A DNA stretch of 64,000 nt from Bacillales bacterium UBA4682 (GTDB lineage: Bacteria > Bacillota_I > Bacilli_A > RFN20 > CAG-288): positions 144,520-208,519 of the forward strand of contig DHKY01000006.1 of the NCBI GenBank assembly GCA_002404995.1, read 5' to 3'. Each line of letters begins with the position of its first letter. Position 1 is the first letter of the stretch. The translations under genes were made by a program, and so were the position numbers. The notes under the pieces are model-generated. The model ran no database searches. It saw only the letters and a list, made by a program, of their open reading frames with translations, and had not been told where the DNA came from. This document shows positions 9,066 to 18,361 of this stretch, in pieces.

Positions 9066-10298
9066 TTATGCCGTCTTCTTATCAATCAGTTTGTTGATCC
9101 AGTCTTCCGTTTCGACTTTGACAGTGTTGATGTATTCGCCATCTTCCCTGACAAGGTTCTGTTTATAGAAAGCAAGATCTTTCTTATCATCAGCATTCTG
9201 GGCAATCGTATGATTGGAAGAATAGCATCCGATAGATTGTCCCCAAGGATTGAATCCTTCTGCAGTCCTCCTATAGTTAGTGAAGAGCCTTGCAGTGTAA
9301 GGACGCGGAGCCTTGGTTGTTAACTGAGCATATAAGGCATAGCCAAATCCAGAGAACGGAGCAATTCCTTTGTCCTGCCAAGCACCGACAGTTAAATTCG
9401 AGGCAGTAACAGAGCTATCACGGAGCTTAGAAAGAACGAATAATCCCATCTTTCCAGCGTTGTCTTCTTTAGAAACACCGGCTGCTAACTTTGTATCAGA
9501 AGTATAAGAGGTAATATCAGCATTGGCTAAGAATTTTCCAATCCACTCATAGGAAGCGTTCTTATAACCATCCGATGCAACATAGTCCTTTTTGAAATAA
9601 TCCTTATAGGCCTGAGTCATCTTTGTAACCCAGGTATCCTTAGTTAACCTGACTAAGAAGTTCCTGTTGACCATTTCAGAGTTCGGATTCTTGAAGAAAA
9701 CTTTTCCTTTGAACTTCTCTTCTGTAAGTTCCCAGACATTGGAGATGCTCGGAACATCTTCGCCAGTATTGTTCCAGATAAAGAGCTTATTAATATACTG
9801 ATCGACAAGCGGAACAAGGTCGCCTTCATCAAGGTTTCCCTTGAAGGTATCACTGACATAGTTCGTCAGAATGTTGGCAGTCTTACGATAAGTGGCTAAC
9901 CTAGCAGAGTCCTGGATTAAAACAAAAGATGCACCATCAGAGTTGTTTTTAGCAGAATATTCACTGGTAATCTTAGTGTAGATTTCAGAGTCGCTCATCT
10001 TAGTACCAGTAGAACTCTTTGCATCAAGATTCAAATCAGGATACTTTTCAATAAAGCCCTTAACAGCATCCGCAATACGGGAAGAATTACCATAAGCTTT
10101 GAATTTACCAGTCTCAGCTTTTGCTTTCTCTAGTAATTCAGCATCCGTCCTCGTTGTTCCTAAGACAAATGGATCAGTAACAGCCGATCCAGTATCCTTT
10201 CCGCCTGCAGGTGTAGAAGCAGAGGGATTATTGGAAGTTCCACCACATCCAACTAATAACGGCAAGAGTAAGAGAGTAAGACCAAAATGTTTTTTCAT
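9066..10298 (-). CDS. ABC transporter substrate-binding lipoprotein (family-1 type, substrate unknown)
   Basis: Signal peptide and lipobox LLPLLVGC-GG. AAGGAGG RBS. First gene of the operon. Confidence 0.8.
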   Translation of the reverse strand: MKKHFGLTLLLLPLLVGCGGTSNNPSASTPAGGKDTGSAVTDPFVLGTTRTDAELLEKAKAETGKFKAYGNSSRIADAVKGFIEKYPDLNLDAKSSTGTKMSDSEIYTKITSEYSAKNNSDGASFVLIQDSARLATYRKTANILTNYVSDTFKGNLDEGDLVPLVDQYINKLFIWNNTGEDVPSISNVWELTEEKFKGKVFFKNPNSEMVNRNFLVRLTKDTWVTKMTQAYKDYFKKDYVASDGYKNASYEWIGKFLANADITSYTSDTKLAAGVSKEDNAGKMGLFVLSKLRDSSVTASNLTVGAWQDKGIAPFSGFGYALYAQLTTKAPRPYTARLFTNYRRTAEGFNPWGQSIGCYSSNHTIAQNADDKKDLAFYKQNLVREDGEYINTVKVETEDWINKLIDKKTA

Positions 10299-10383
10299 TG
10301 TATGAGCCTCCTTTTAAATGCTCTAGAATGATCAAAACCAGAAACGGTTCAGAATACCTGTAAGCGCTTCCGTTATGTATGGA

Positions 10384-10412
10384 ATTGTAAATTTTCTTAA
10401 ATATTGTGTCAA
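10384..10412 (-). promoter_or_regulatory. sigma-70-type promoter of the ABC importer operon
   Basis: On the minus strand: TTGACA (10412..10407), a 17-nt spacer, then TACAAT (10389..10384). About 80 nt upstream of the ATG at 10298. Confidence 0.6.
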
Positions 10413-11075
10413 GTTTAAAGATGTTTCTATTTAAATTACAAAAAAATAAAAAATTCAAATTATTTCTTTATATTTTGATATTTTTTGCCTATTTTTTCCT
10501 GTTATTTCTTATTTTTTTATCATTTTCATAAATGTGTTCTTTTCTTTTTCAAAGAACTTTTGAGTGATATTTTGTCCATTTGTCACAAAGTGCACACAAA
10601 AAAGCACACATTTTTTACAATGTAATTGAATGCCTTTTCATTTTCAGAATTGAAATATTGTAAACAGAAAGAAACATTGATTAATTTCAAGAAAGACAAA
10701 TAAACGAATTATTAGTTTACTCTTCCATCAGACTTTAGAGTCAAAGAGACTGTCCTCCGCTCCTCAGCTCACGTAAGTCTCATTTGAAAAGCTCATTTTA
10801 TAGTCTAAGGCAAATAGCGAAGGTTTGCATTTTATGGAAAGTCGCTTCAATAAACATCCACTTTTAATGAAAGCATCAATTTCTTCAGAAAGCATCGTTT
10901 CCTCTCAACTAGCTGTTTATTTTAGTTTTTTAGAGCGAATGTAGAACATACAAATGGAACAATAGTGATGAAAAGAACCAAAATAAATCGTACGTTTTAT
11001 TTCGCTTTTCGTACTTTTTTATTGTCTTAATCGTTCGATTAAGATAGAATAAAAGTAAAAGAAGGAGAAAATGAT

Positions 11076-11291
11076 ATGTCAATAACTGCTACAGAATTGA
11101 AAAGCAATCTAGGAAAATATCTTTCACTCGCAGAAACAATTGATATTTTCATCACACGCAATGGTAAAGTAGTTGCCAAGCTCACAAATCCAAATCAAAA
11201 TCGAGTAAAAATGGCTGAATCTCTATTTGGTATCCTTTCAGATGATAGGACCTTGGAAGAATCTAAAAAAGAAAGACTCAGTAAAATATGA
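11076..11291 (+). CDS. type II antitoxin, Phd/YefM family
   Basis: 71 aa. MSITATELKSNLGKYL...ITRNGKVVAKL is typical of the Phd/YefM N-terminus. Its stop overlaps the PIN gene start (ATGA). Confidence 0.8.
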   Translation: MSITATELKSNLGKYLSLAETIDIFITRNGKVVAKLTNPNQNRVKMAESLFGILSDDRTLEESKKERLSKI

Positions 11292-11719
11292 AGGCTATTA
11301 TCGATACCTGCGTTATCGTGGATGCCCTTCAAAAACGGGAACCGTTTTTTTCTGACGCAAAATCAATATTCCTTCTTTGTGCCAATTTAAAATTTGATGG
11401 TTTTCTTAGTGCAAAGGCCATTACGGATATTTATTTTCTTACCCATCGCCAAACGCATAGTGATACAGAAACAAGAAAAATCCTAAGAACATTATGCAAT
11501 CTATTCAACTTATTGGATACAACAGGTCTTGATATTCAAAAGGCGATATCGTCTGAAATTCCAGACTTTGAAGATGGTGTCAGGATAGAAACAGCCATAC
11601 GCTCTAAATTAGATTGCATTGTGACCCGTAATACATCCGATTACAAAAATTCAGCAATTCCCGTCTATACGCCGAAAGAGTTTCTTCAAATAATAACAAA
11701 TGAATGTAAAATCAATTAG
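11288..11719 (+). CDS. PIN-domain (VapC-like) toxin
   Basis: 143 aa. IIDTCVIVDAL at the N-terminus (first acidic residue), internal D/E residues, and CIVTRNTSDY at the C-terminus. 4-nt overlap with the antitoxin. Confidence 0.8.
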   Translation: MKAIIDTCVIVDALQKREPFFSDAKSIFLLCANLKFDGFLSAKAITDIYFLTHRQTHSDTETRKILRTLCNLFNLLDTTGLDIQKAISSEIPDFEDGVRIETAIRSKLDCIVTRNTSDYKNSAIPVYTPKEFLQIITNECKIN

Positions 11720-12012
11720 GTTTTATTTTTTAAAGAGACGATTCATAGTCATTTAGTGAAATTGTAGATAAATTCATATCAAACATGTGATGCTAGGCTT
11801 TAAACAAAACATACCGCAACAAGTTTTCAGTTTTATTGTTCTTTTTCGACATCAGTTTCTTACTTCTATAGATAAAACCTATATCAGATAAAGTCCTTTT
11901 CCAACGCATTTCACAGGGTATTCATGTGATAATTTTTATTAACGAATTCTGCTTTTTCTTAAGACTCTTTTCAAAGTGTTTCATACCCTCTCACTTATCT
12001 AATGTTTTGAGC

Positions 12013-12028
12013 TTTTTTTTGGGGGGGG
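12013..12028. repeat. T8G8 homopolymer pair
   Basis: tttttttt gggggggg read directly at 12013-12020 and 12021-12028, in an intergenic region. Confidence 0.95.
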
Positions 12029-12080
12029 CTTCTCTATAACTGATTGGCGTCATTTCTTCCCTATATAGAGAACATTAAAA

Positions 12081-12167
12081 AAACCTCTTATGGCTTTAAA
12101 CAGACGCCGATGCCTGAAGGATCCTTCAGGCATCATTGTCTTGCTCAATGGTCCAATAAGAGGGTTT
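12081..12167. repeat. nested inverted repeats (perfect 26-nt palindrome inside an outer imperfect stem) downstream of prs
   Basis: gatgcctgaaggatccttcaggcatc (12109-12134) is a perfect palindrome. It is flanked by aaacctcttatgg (12081-12093) and ccaataagagggttt (12153-12167). Confidence 0.7.
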
Positions 12168-12201
12168 GATACACTAGATTAGTGGCAGTTTTTTTATTTT
12201 A

Positions 12202-13179
12202 TTAGTCGACGAAACGAGAATAGACTTCGGAGATAGAGCTGTTGTGGGAGATAGACTGAATGACGTCAGCAAGCCTGGTATCAAGTGAAACAACCTGAAT
12301 CTTGATATCTTTGCTGTTCTTGAATTTCTCAGTAAGCGGGATAGAGTCCGTTACATAGATTTTTTCAAAGACTTTCTCAGTAGTCAGACGTTCATAAGCA
12401 GGATCAGAAAAGACCGCATGGGCAGCCGCCATCCTGATTCTCTTTGCGCCATGGCTCTTAAGAGCTTTGGCAGCAGCAATAGCAGATCCGGCAGTATCAA
12501 TCCTATCATCGATGATAACACAATCCTTGCCATCGACATCGCCGATGATGTTCCTGACTTCCGGCTGATATTTGTTGTTACGACGTTTATCGATAATAGC
12601 AATCGGAGTATCGAGCTTATCGGCAATCTGACGGGCACGGGTGACTCCGCCATGATCCGGAGAAACAGCGACTAAATTCTTCCGGTCAATCTCAGGATCA
12701 TTATATAAAACGTGTCCTAAGAGCGGAATAGCAGACCTATCATCCTCAAGGCAGGAGAAGAATCCCTGAAGCTGAGGAGCATGAAGATTGACGGTGATGA
12801 CACGGTTTGCGCCTGCTGTAACAAGCCTGTCGGCAACCAATTTCGAAGAAATTGGTTCACGCGGCTTGGATTTACGATCCTGGCGTGCATAACCGAAGTA
12901 AGGGATGATGACATTGATTTCGCCAGCCGATGCACGGCGCAGAGAATCAATGAAAATCAGGACTTCCCTAAGATTGTCGTTAACCGGCGGACAGGTTGAC
13001 TGGATGATGAAAACCTGTTTTCCACGGACGGTTTCTTCCGGACAGCATAAGACTTCACCAGATGGGAAATGGGCAAGATGGACGGGGGAAAGTTCAGTAG
13101 AAAGAAGGTGGGCGACGGAATTGGCCAACTCGACATTAGCGGAGAGAGCGAAGATGACTGCATTACTATCAAGCTTCAT
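12202..13179 (-). CDS. prs: ribose-phosphate pyrophosphokinase
   Basis: Motifs NDNL[M]E, PYFGYARQDRK, VSPDHGGVTRAR, IIDKRR, EV[M]NIIGDV and DD[M]IDTAG. I prefer the ATG at 13179 (GGAGG 5 nt upstream) over the track's TTG at 13191. Confidence 0.95.
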   Translation of the reverse strand: MKLDSNAVIFALSANVELANSVAHLLSTELSPVHLAHFPSGEVLCCPEETVRGKQVFIIQSTCPPVNDNLREVLIFIDSLRRASAGEINVIIPYFGYARQDRKSKPREPISSKLVADRLVTAGANRVITVNLHAPQLQGFFSCLEDDRSAIPLLGHVLYNDPEIDRKNLVAVSPDHGGVTRARQIADKLDTPIAIIDKRRNNKYQPEVRNIIGDVDGKDCVIIDDRIDTAGSAIAAAKALKSHGAKRIRMAAAHAVFSDPAYERLTTEKVFEKIYVTDSIPLTEKFKNSKDIKIQVVSLDTRLADVIQSISHNSSISEVYSRFVD

Positions 13180-13245
13180 GATAACCTCCAAACACGTTAT
13201 CTATTTTACGCCTTATCTTTCAAATTCAAAGAAAAACCAAACAGA

Positions 13246-14121
13246 TTAGCTTAAAAGGAACTGTGTTGAATAAACTTCGTATCCTTTCTGCTCGAAGAAA
13301 TGATAGGCCGCTTCAATTGTCTTCTTGTCTTTTGACAAGGCATAGCATGCACTTCCGGTACCAGACCTTCCGCATAAAGGAAGTTTCCTGTCCTGCCTCT
13401 GTTTTAGGATGTCAGCAATCAAAGGGAGTGCCTTAATAGCAGGAAGAGAGAGAACGTTGATCCTGTTCTTCTTAATCAATTCCTCATCTCCCTCTTTCAG
13501 GCCTTTCCTTAAAGCATCAATATCAGGATGGACAATGTTTTCTTGTCCAATCAGGTCATATGCTTCGAAAACGGATTTAGTCGATAGTCCTTCTTTTGGT
13601 TTGACAATCAAAACGTGGTAATCATCCTTGATTTCAATCGGGGACAGGATTTCTCCTTTTCCTTGAACACGGCAAGGCTTATTCAAAAGGCAGAAAGGAA
13701 CATCCGAAGAGACATTGACTGCCCTTCTTTTTTCGATATCCTCTTTTTCCTTCGATGGATTGTAATGTTCGACAGCATGCATGACAGCAGCCGCATCTGC
13801 ACTTCCTCCGCCAAGTCCTGCCCTGACTGGAATGCGTTTATGAATCAGGATCTGATAGGAGCCATTGACCTGATGGTTTTCTCTCCTATAGTCAAGTGCC
13901 TTATAAGCAAGATTGGATTCATCGCAGATAATGGTCGGATCATCGCAGTACAGATAGGTATCCTTCCCGCTAGATGCTCCTAAAGGAGAGATTTCAATGG
14001 AATCATGAAGCTTGAGAGGGACTGTGATCCTATCGAGTTCATGATAGCCGTCTTCTCGCTTTCCTTTTATATCGATTGCAAGATTGATTTTCGCATAAGC
14101 ACGGACGATTGTTTCCTGCAT
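13246..14121 (-). CDS. ispE: 4-diphosphocytidyl-2-C-methyl-D-erythritol kinase (GHMP kinase)
   Basis: AYAKINLAIDI...R.DGYHEL and the GHMP motif PVRAGLGGGSADAAAV. ispE near prs is a familiar Firmicute arrangement. Confidence 0.85.
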   Translation of the reverse strand: MQETIVRAYAKINLAIDIKGKREDGYHELDRITVPLKLHDSIEISPLGASSGKDTYLYCDDPTIICDESNLAYKALDYRRENHQVNGSYQILIHKRIPVRAGLGGGSADAAAVMHAVEHYNPSKEKEDIEKRRAVNVSSDVPFCLLNKPCRVQGKGEILSPIEIKDDYHVLIVKPKEGLSTKSVFEAYDLIGQENIVHPDIDALRKGLKEGDEELIKKNRINVLSLPAIKALPLIADILKQRQDRKLPLCGRSGTGSACYALSKDKKTIEAAYHFFEQKGYEVYSTQFLLS

Positions 14122-14231
14122 AGTTCTATGCTCCTTAAAAGTCAGTCTGAAAATATCCTTTCAATTATAGCGGATTTCAAAAGAAGCGAAAGAAATTTCA
14201 AAGCATCTGTTTAAGATATAATAAATAGGAT

Positions 14232-14792
14232 ATGGAAAAACCATTAAGCCGAGAAGAACTCTTCAACGGATTGCTTGAGAAGGTAAGGAATCCCTTCACA
14301 AGCGACGAACAGAAGAACGACATCCGACGGATTCTGATTTCCTCCTCTTCCTTCAAGGGAAGGAATCATCTCTTTCTTGTCGAATGCTATCTGAATCCAG
14401 ACAATTCTTTTTTCTATGTCAGCAAAAAAGAAGCCATCAAGCAAGCACAGCTTGCCATTGATGAAAAGAACTTCAAAGGACACTATTATCTCCATCTTCT
14501 CTATCAGGATACCGATCCAGTGAAAAGCCGGAATCATCTAAGAAGGGCATGTGTCTACCAAAGGCCGAAAGCCTATGCCAGAAGGGGACATCTGCTCCAT
14601 GATGGCATCCTCTTCGAGAAAAACAGGGAGAAAGCCTATGAGGCATTCTATCAGGCAAGTCTGCTCCATGAACCAAGCGGTTATTTCGGAAGGCTGCTCA
14701 GGCAAAGCGAAAAAGGAAATCTCAAAGGAGAGCTGGAAATTATCGAAAAAGCCAAGGAGGACGGGATTTTTCTTCCCGGATACATTGAATGA
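14232..14792 (+). CDS. Sel1/TPR-like repeat protein
   Basis: Repeats of the form A.Y..G.LL.DG......KAYE.F..A (for example AYAR[M]GHLLHDGILFEKNREKAYEAFYQA). Confidence 0.5.
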   Translation: MEKPLSREELFNGLLEKVRNPFTSDEQKNDIRRILISSSSFKGRNHLFLVECYLNPDNSFFYVSKKEAIKQAQLAIDEKNFKGHYYLHLLYQDTDPVKSRNHLRRACVYQRPKAYARRGHLLHDGILFEKNREKAYEAFYQASLLHEPSGYFGRLLRQSEKGNLKGELEIIEKAKEDGIFLPGYIE

Positions 14793-15442
14793 AAAAAGTC
14801 ATTCTTTTCGGAGCAGGACCAAGGCATGAGAGGCCGGATCTAAAAGACAGTTTCCTTGTCTGCTGTGATGGCGGATACCATTATCTGAAAGAGATCGGAG
14901 TCGAGCCAGACCTTCTTGTCGGCGATTTTGATACCTTTCCGAAAAAAGAAATCGGAAATCCAAAAAGAATTATTACCCTGAATCCAATCAAAGACGATAC
15001 CGACTCTTTCCACGCCGTCAATGTCCTGTTAGCAGAAGGATATACAGACTTCCATCTGTATGGAAGGTACGGAGGAAGAAGGGATCAGACGATTGCGAGC
15101 CTGAACCTTGTCTCTTATTTGAAAGACAAAGGTGCCAGCGCTGTCCTTTATTCCGATGACGGCAAAAGGAAAAGGATCAGGATTGAAAAGGAAGCTGTTC
15201 TCCTTTCTCCAATGGATCATGGTTTCATCTCCGTCTTTAGTTACAATAGAATCAGTACAGGCGTGACAATCCAAAACAGGAAATATACGCTCAGTGAAAA
15301 AGTGCTTACTTCTTCGACAAGCCTTGGCTGCTCCAATGAACTAATTGGAAAAGAAGGCTATATCCATGTCCGGAAAGGACGACTTGTCATCATCATGCCA
15401 AAGGAGGAAAAATGGAAAAGAACAGAAATAAAATCGATTTAG
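14789..15442 (+). CDS. thiN: thiamine pyrophosphokinase
   Basis: Motifs CCDGG, LLVGDFDT, KDDTDSFHA and GGR[M]DQTIASLN. ATGA overlap with the upstream gene. Confidence 0.8.
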   Translation: MKKVILFGAGPRHERPDLKDSFLVCCDGGYHYLKEIGVEPDLLVGDFDTFPKKEIGNPKRIITLNPIKDDTDSFHAVNVLLAEGYTDFHLYGRYGGRRDQTIASLNLVSYLKDKGASAVLYSDDGKRKRIRIEKEAVLLSPMDHGFISVFSYNRISTGVTIQNRKYTLSEKVLTSSTSLGCSNELIGKEGYIHVRKGRLVIIMPKEEKWKRTEIKSI

Positions 15443-16380
15443 TCCAAAGCGAAAAAGAACCTGTCAAGGTTGCGACCATAATCGGCATTATTACAGCTCT
15501 ATTGAACCTTGGACTTGGTGTTTCGAAAAGGATCATCGGAAAAATCAGGGGATACAATGCCGTCTTCTCAGATGGTATTCATTCGACCGGAGATGTACTG
15601 ACAACCATCATTGCCGTCATCTCCGTCTGGGTAGCCGCAAAGAAAAGCAGCCGGACGTATAACTATGGCCACGAAAGATGGGCATCGATTGCTTGTCTTG
15701 TTCTCGCCATTATCCTGTTTGTCACTGCCGGTGAAATCATCCTCGATTCTTCTCAGTCGTTAGCTGAGATTCTGAAAGAAGGAAACGGGGATCCCTCCAA
15801 CAATGTCGGTTCTCCCTTCTTCTATGCTTCTCTCTCCCTAGCGATTGCCTCCGTTGTCATCAAATTTGTCAGGTTCTTTATTACTAGGTATGGTGCTAAG
15901 AAGGCACACTCCAAAGCAAGGGTTGCCGATGCCTGGCATCAGGTCATCGATGCCCTCAGCTCTGTTGCTGCCATCATCGCATTGACTGGCTTCTATTACA
16001 GGAACGGAAAGAACATCTTAGATCCGATTCTATCCTATCCGATTGCTATCAGGGTCATCTTCATTGGAATCGAAACCTTCAAGCAGTCCACGCAGGAACT
16101 AACCGATCATGCTATCGATCATGACAAGAGGAAACAGGTCAAAGACATCTTATCTAAGTACATCGACCGAAACAAAATCAAGGAAGTAAAGTCCCGTATC
16201 TTCTCAGAGAAGTTCTATCTCGATATTGTCTTATTAGAAGATCCGGAAAAGACACTAAAAGAAGCCGATAATCTCTCTGACAAAAGGAAGGAAGATCTTA
16301 GGAAACACTTCGATAATCTGAAAGACGTAACCATCAGGGTTCTTCCGGATAATTTAGAACATCAGGGGAAGAACTACTAA
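15412..16380 (+). CDS. cation diffusion facilitator (CDF) family metal efflux transporter
   Basis: HSTGD (TM2) and WHQVID (TM5) H-x3-D metal-site motifs. Six hydrophobic segments and a C-terminal cytoplasmic domain. AAGGAGG RBS. Confidence 0.85.
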   Translation: MEKNRNKIDLVQSEKEPVKVATIIGIITALLNLGLGVSKRIIGKIRGYNAVFSDGIHSTGDVLTTIIAVISVWVAAKKSSRTYNYGHERWASIACLVLAIILFVTAGEIILDSSQSLAEILKEGNGDPSNNVGSPFFYASLSLAIASVVIKFVRFFITRYGAKKAHSKARVADAWHQVIDALSSVAAIIALTGFYYRNGKNILDPILSYPIAIRVIFIGIETFKQSTQELTDHAIDHDKRKQVKDILSKYIDRNKIKEVKSRIFSEKFYLDIVLLEDPEKTLKEADNLSDKRKEDLRKHFDNLKDVTIRVLPDNLEHQGKNY

Positions 16381-16390
16381 AACACCAAAG

Positions 16391-16420
16391 ACACCTAGGA
16401 AAAACTAGGTGTTTTTCTTT
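16391..16420 (+). terminator. rho-independent terminator of the CDF gene
   Basis: acacctag-gaaaaa-ctaggtgt followed by ttttcttt. Confidence 0.8.
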
Positions 16421-16432
16421 GGTCTGAAAAAG

Positions 16433-16785
16433 TTATCCACAATCTTTTAAAACAGGCAAAAATAGAAATTTTGCTTGAACCTGTTTTGGACTGATTTTTC
16501 CTTCTTTTATAGGTGGACAATCCACCATCGCTATTTTTCTATTGTGGATAATTATTCTCTGTTATCCACTGCTTATCCACCGTTTTCAAGGTTATCAACA
16601 GGCGGTGGATTGCGGTTTCCAAAAGCAGTGGAAAATATAAAATATTGCCTATTCTATCGAGATATTTTTTATGTGGATAATTTCACAGAATGTGGATAGT
16701 TATCCACTTATCCACCGGGAAAGTTATCCACCTATAGTTTATCCCCAGGTTATCCACATTAGCCTCTTGGTGGATAGTGGATAAA
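16433..16785. promoter_or_regulatory. oriC upstream DnaA-box cluster (also the dnaA promoter region)
   Basis: Boxes matching TTATCCACA or one mismatch away, in both orientations, at 16433, 16543(rc), 16562, 16573, 16592, 16672(rc), 16691(rc), 16700, 16708, 16724, 16750 and 16776(rc). Confidence 0.9.
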
Positions 16786-16915
16786 TCCATCCTGTTTTCT
16801 GCTTGGATTGTACCGGAAAGATATGGTAGATAACTTTTATCGTGTCAAAATCTATGCTTAACAAACCGCAGTTTCTTCCCTATAATCATTTATCGTAAAG
16901 GAGAACACAGCATCC

Positions 16916-18277
16916 ATGTACGAAACCCAGAAAGACCATCAGGTCAGTGAACTCTATTCTCAGCTCTTAGAAAAAATCAGACCTAACGTTGATCCCAAGC
17001 TCTTCGATGTCATGTTCCCGAATGCCGTTGAACTGAAATCCATCTCTGGAAACAAAGCACTCTTTGTCTGCCAGAGTTCCACAAACTGCATCATCTTCAA
17101 GAACACAAGGCTTTCCCTTGTCCAATCCGCATTAAAAGAACTAAGGGAGACCCCGATTGAAGTCGAAGTCATTGACGAAAAGAACTACCTCAGGCGGAGC
17201 CATGCTTTAGAGCAGGCCGATGAGACTTTCTTCAAGAACAGCCGTCTGGAACCTCAATATACTTTTGAGAACTTTATCGTCGGAGATTCCAACCGGGATG
17301 CTTATAGGGCCGCTTTATCTGCCGCCTCGAAGCCTTGCATGGCTAACCCGATTTTCTTCTATTCCCGCTCTGGACTTGGAAAAACGCATCTTCTGCAGGC
17401 GATTGGAAACGATTTTCTCTCCAAGCATCCAGATCGCAAGGTTCTCTACATCACTGCTGATGCCTTTGTTGACGAATACGTCAATTTCGTTCTTGGCAAA
17501 GGAAGCAAGAACAGGAAGGACTTCTTCACGACCGTCGATAGGCTGCTTGTTGATGACATCCAGTCCCTCGCCAACAAAGAGAAGACCCAAGACAGGTTCT
17601 TCAACATCTTTAACTTCCTTGTTTCCCATCAGAGACAGATTGTTCTGACCTCGGACCGGGCACCAAGTGAATTAAAAGGACTTCCGGACCGCTTGGTTTC
17701 CCGCTTTTCTTCTGGACTCTCCGTTTCTATCCGTCCACCGGAAAAGAATACCCTGATTGGAATCCTTCAAAGGAAAATCCGAATCAGCAATAGGACAATC
17801 GAAGACTTCGAGCCCGAAGTCCTTGATTACCTTTCTTCCAATTACTCCAAAAACGTCCGTGAATTGGAGGGTGCCTTCACAAACCTCCTATTCGCTATTG
17901 CCATCCATAAGCCGCAAGGAAAAATTTCCCTTGATTTCGTCCGTCATGTCTTTGAAAACGACGAAAAAAGAAAGACAAGCAAGGGAAAGATCGATGTCGA
18001 TCTCATTATCAAGGAAGTCGCTGACTACTATTCCAGGACAGAAACCCAGCTGAAGAGCAAGGTCCGTACCTCCCAGATTGCACTTGCCAGACAGATTGCC
18101 AGGTACTTAAGCCGGAAAAGGAGGAATATCTCCTACCAGGAAATCGGAAAAGCCTTTGGAAAAGACCATACGACAGTCAGGAACAATGTCCAGAAAATCC
18201 AGAAGAACTATGACAGCGACCAGGCTCTGAAGCACGCTGTCGATGAGCTGATAAGCAAACTGAAGGCTATCAATTAA
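16916..18277 (+). CDS. dnaA: chromosomal replication initiator protein DnaA
   Basis: Motifs NPIFFYSRSGLGKTHLLQAIGN, LLVDDIQ, VLTSDR and R(AGA)QIA[M]YL...DHTTV. AAGGAG RBS. Confidence 0.97.
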   Translation: MYETQKDHQVSELYSQLLEKIRPNVDPKLFDVMFPNAVELKSISGNKALFVCQSSTNCIIFKNTRLSLVQSALKELRETPIEVEVIDEKNYLRRSHALEQADETFFKNSRLEPQYTFENFIVGDSNRDAYRAALSAASKPCMANPIFFYSRSGLGKTHLLQAIGNDFLSKHPDRKVLYITADAFVDEYVNFVLGKGSKNRKDFFTTVDRLLVDDIQSLANKEKTQDRFFNIFNFLVSHQRQIVLTSDRAPSELKGLPDRLVSRFSSGLSVSIRPPEKNTLIGILQRKIRISNRTIEDFEPEVLDYLSSNYSKNVRELEGAFTNLLFAIAIHKPQGKISLDFVRHVFENDEKRKTSKGKIDVDLIIKEVADYYSRTETQLKSKVRTSQIALARQIARYLSRKRRNISYQEIGKAFGKDHTTVRNNVQKIQKNYDSDQALKHAVDELISKLKAIN

Positions 18278-18284
18278 TCAAGAG

Positions 18285-18315
18285 AGGACCGCAGGCGCGG
18301 TCCTTTTTCTTTTTA
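18285..18315 (+). terminator. rho-independent terminator after dnaA
   Basis: aggaccgc-aggc-gcggtcct followed by ttttcttttt. Confidence 0.8.
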
Positions 18316-18361
18316 ATCTTTTTTGCAATCTTAAAACTGGTTCTTTCTTGTCCACCGCCGA

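Noticed and set aside
10299-10383. TPP or other riboswitch in the leader of the ABC importer operon (a thiamine-type permease raised the idea)
   Set aside because: The leader is only about 80 nt with a single weak 5-bp hairpin. None of the conserved TPP-riboswitch motifs are visible.
14790-14792. Mycoplasma-type code 4 (TGA read as Trp), considered because of the Mollicutes-like features
   Set aside because: TGA clearly terminates well-supported genes (14790-14792, 58672-58674 and 60570-60572 on the minus strand). All conserved Trp positions that I checked are TGG.
16475-16699. 74-aa ORF inside the dnaA upstream region
   Set aside because: It lies entirely within the DnaA-box array and its sequence is dictated by repeated TTATCCAC units. 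It has no RBS.
18089-18091. AGA also reassigned together with AGG
   Set aside because: AGA sits at conserved Arg positions (DnaA RQIAMYL; RHS core RYY), so only AGG behaves abnormally.
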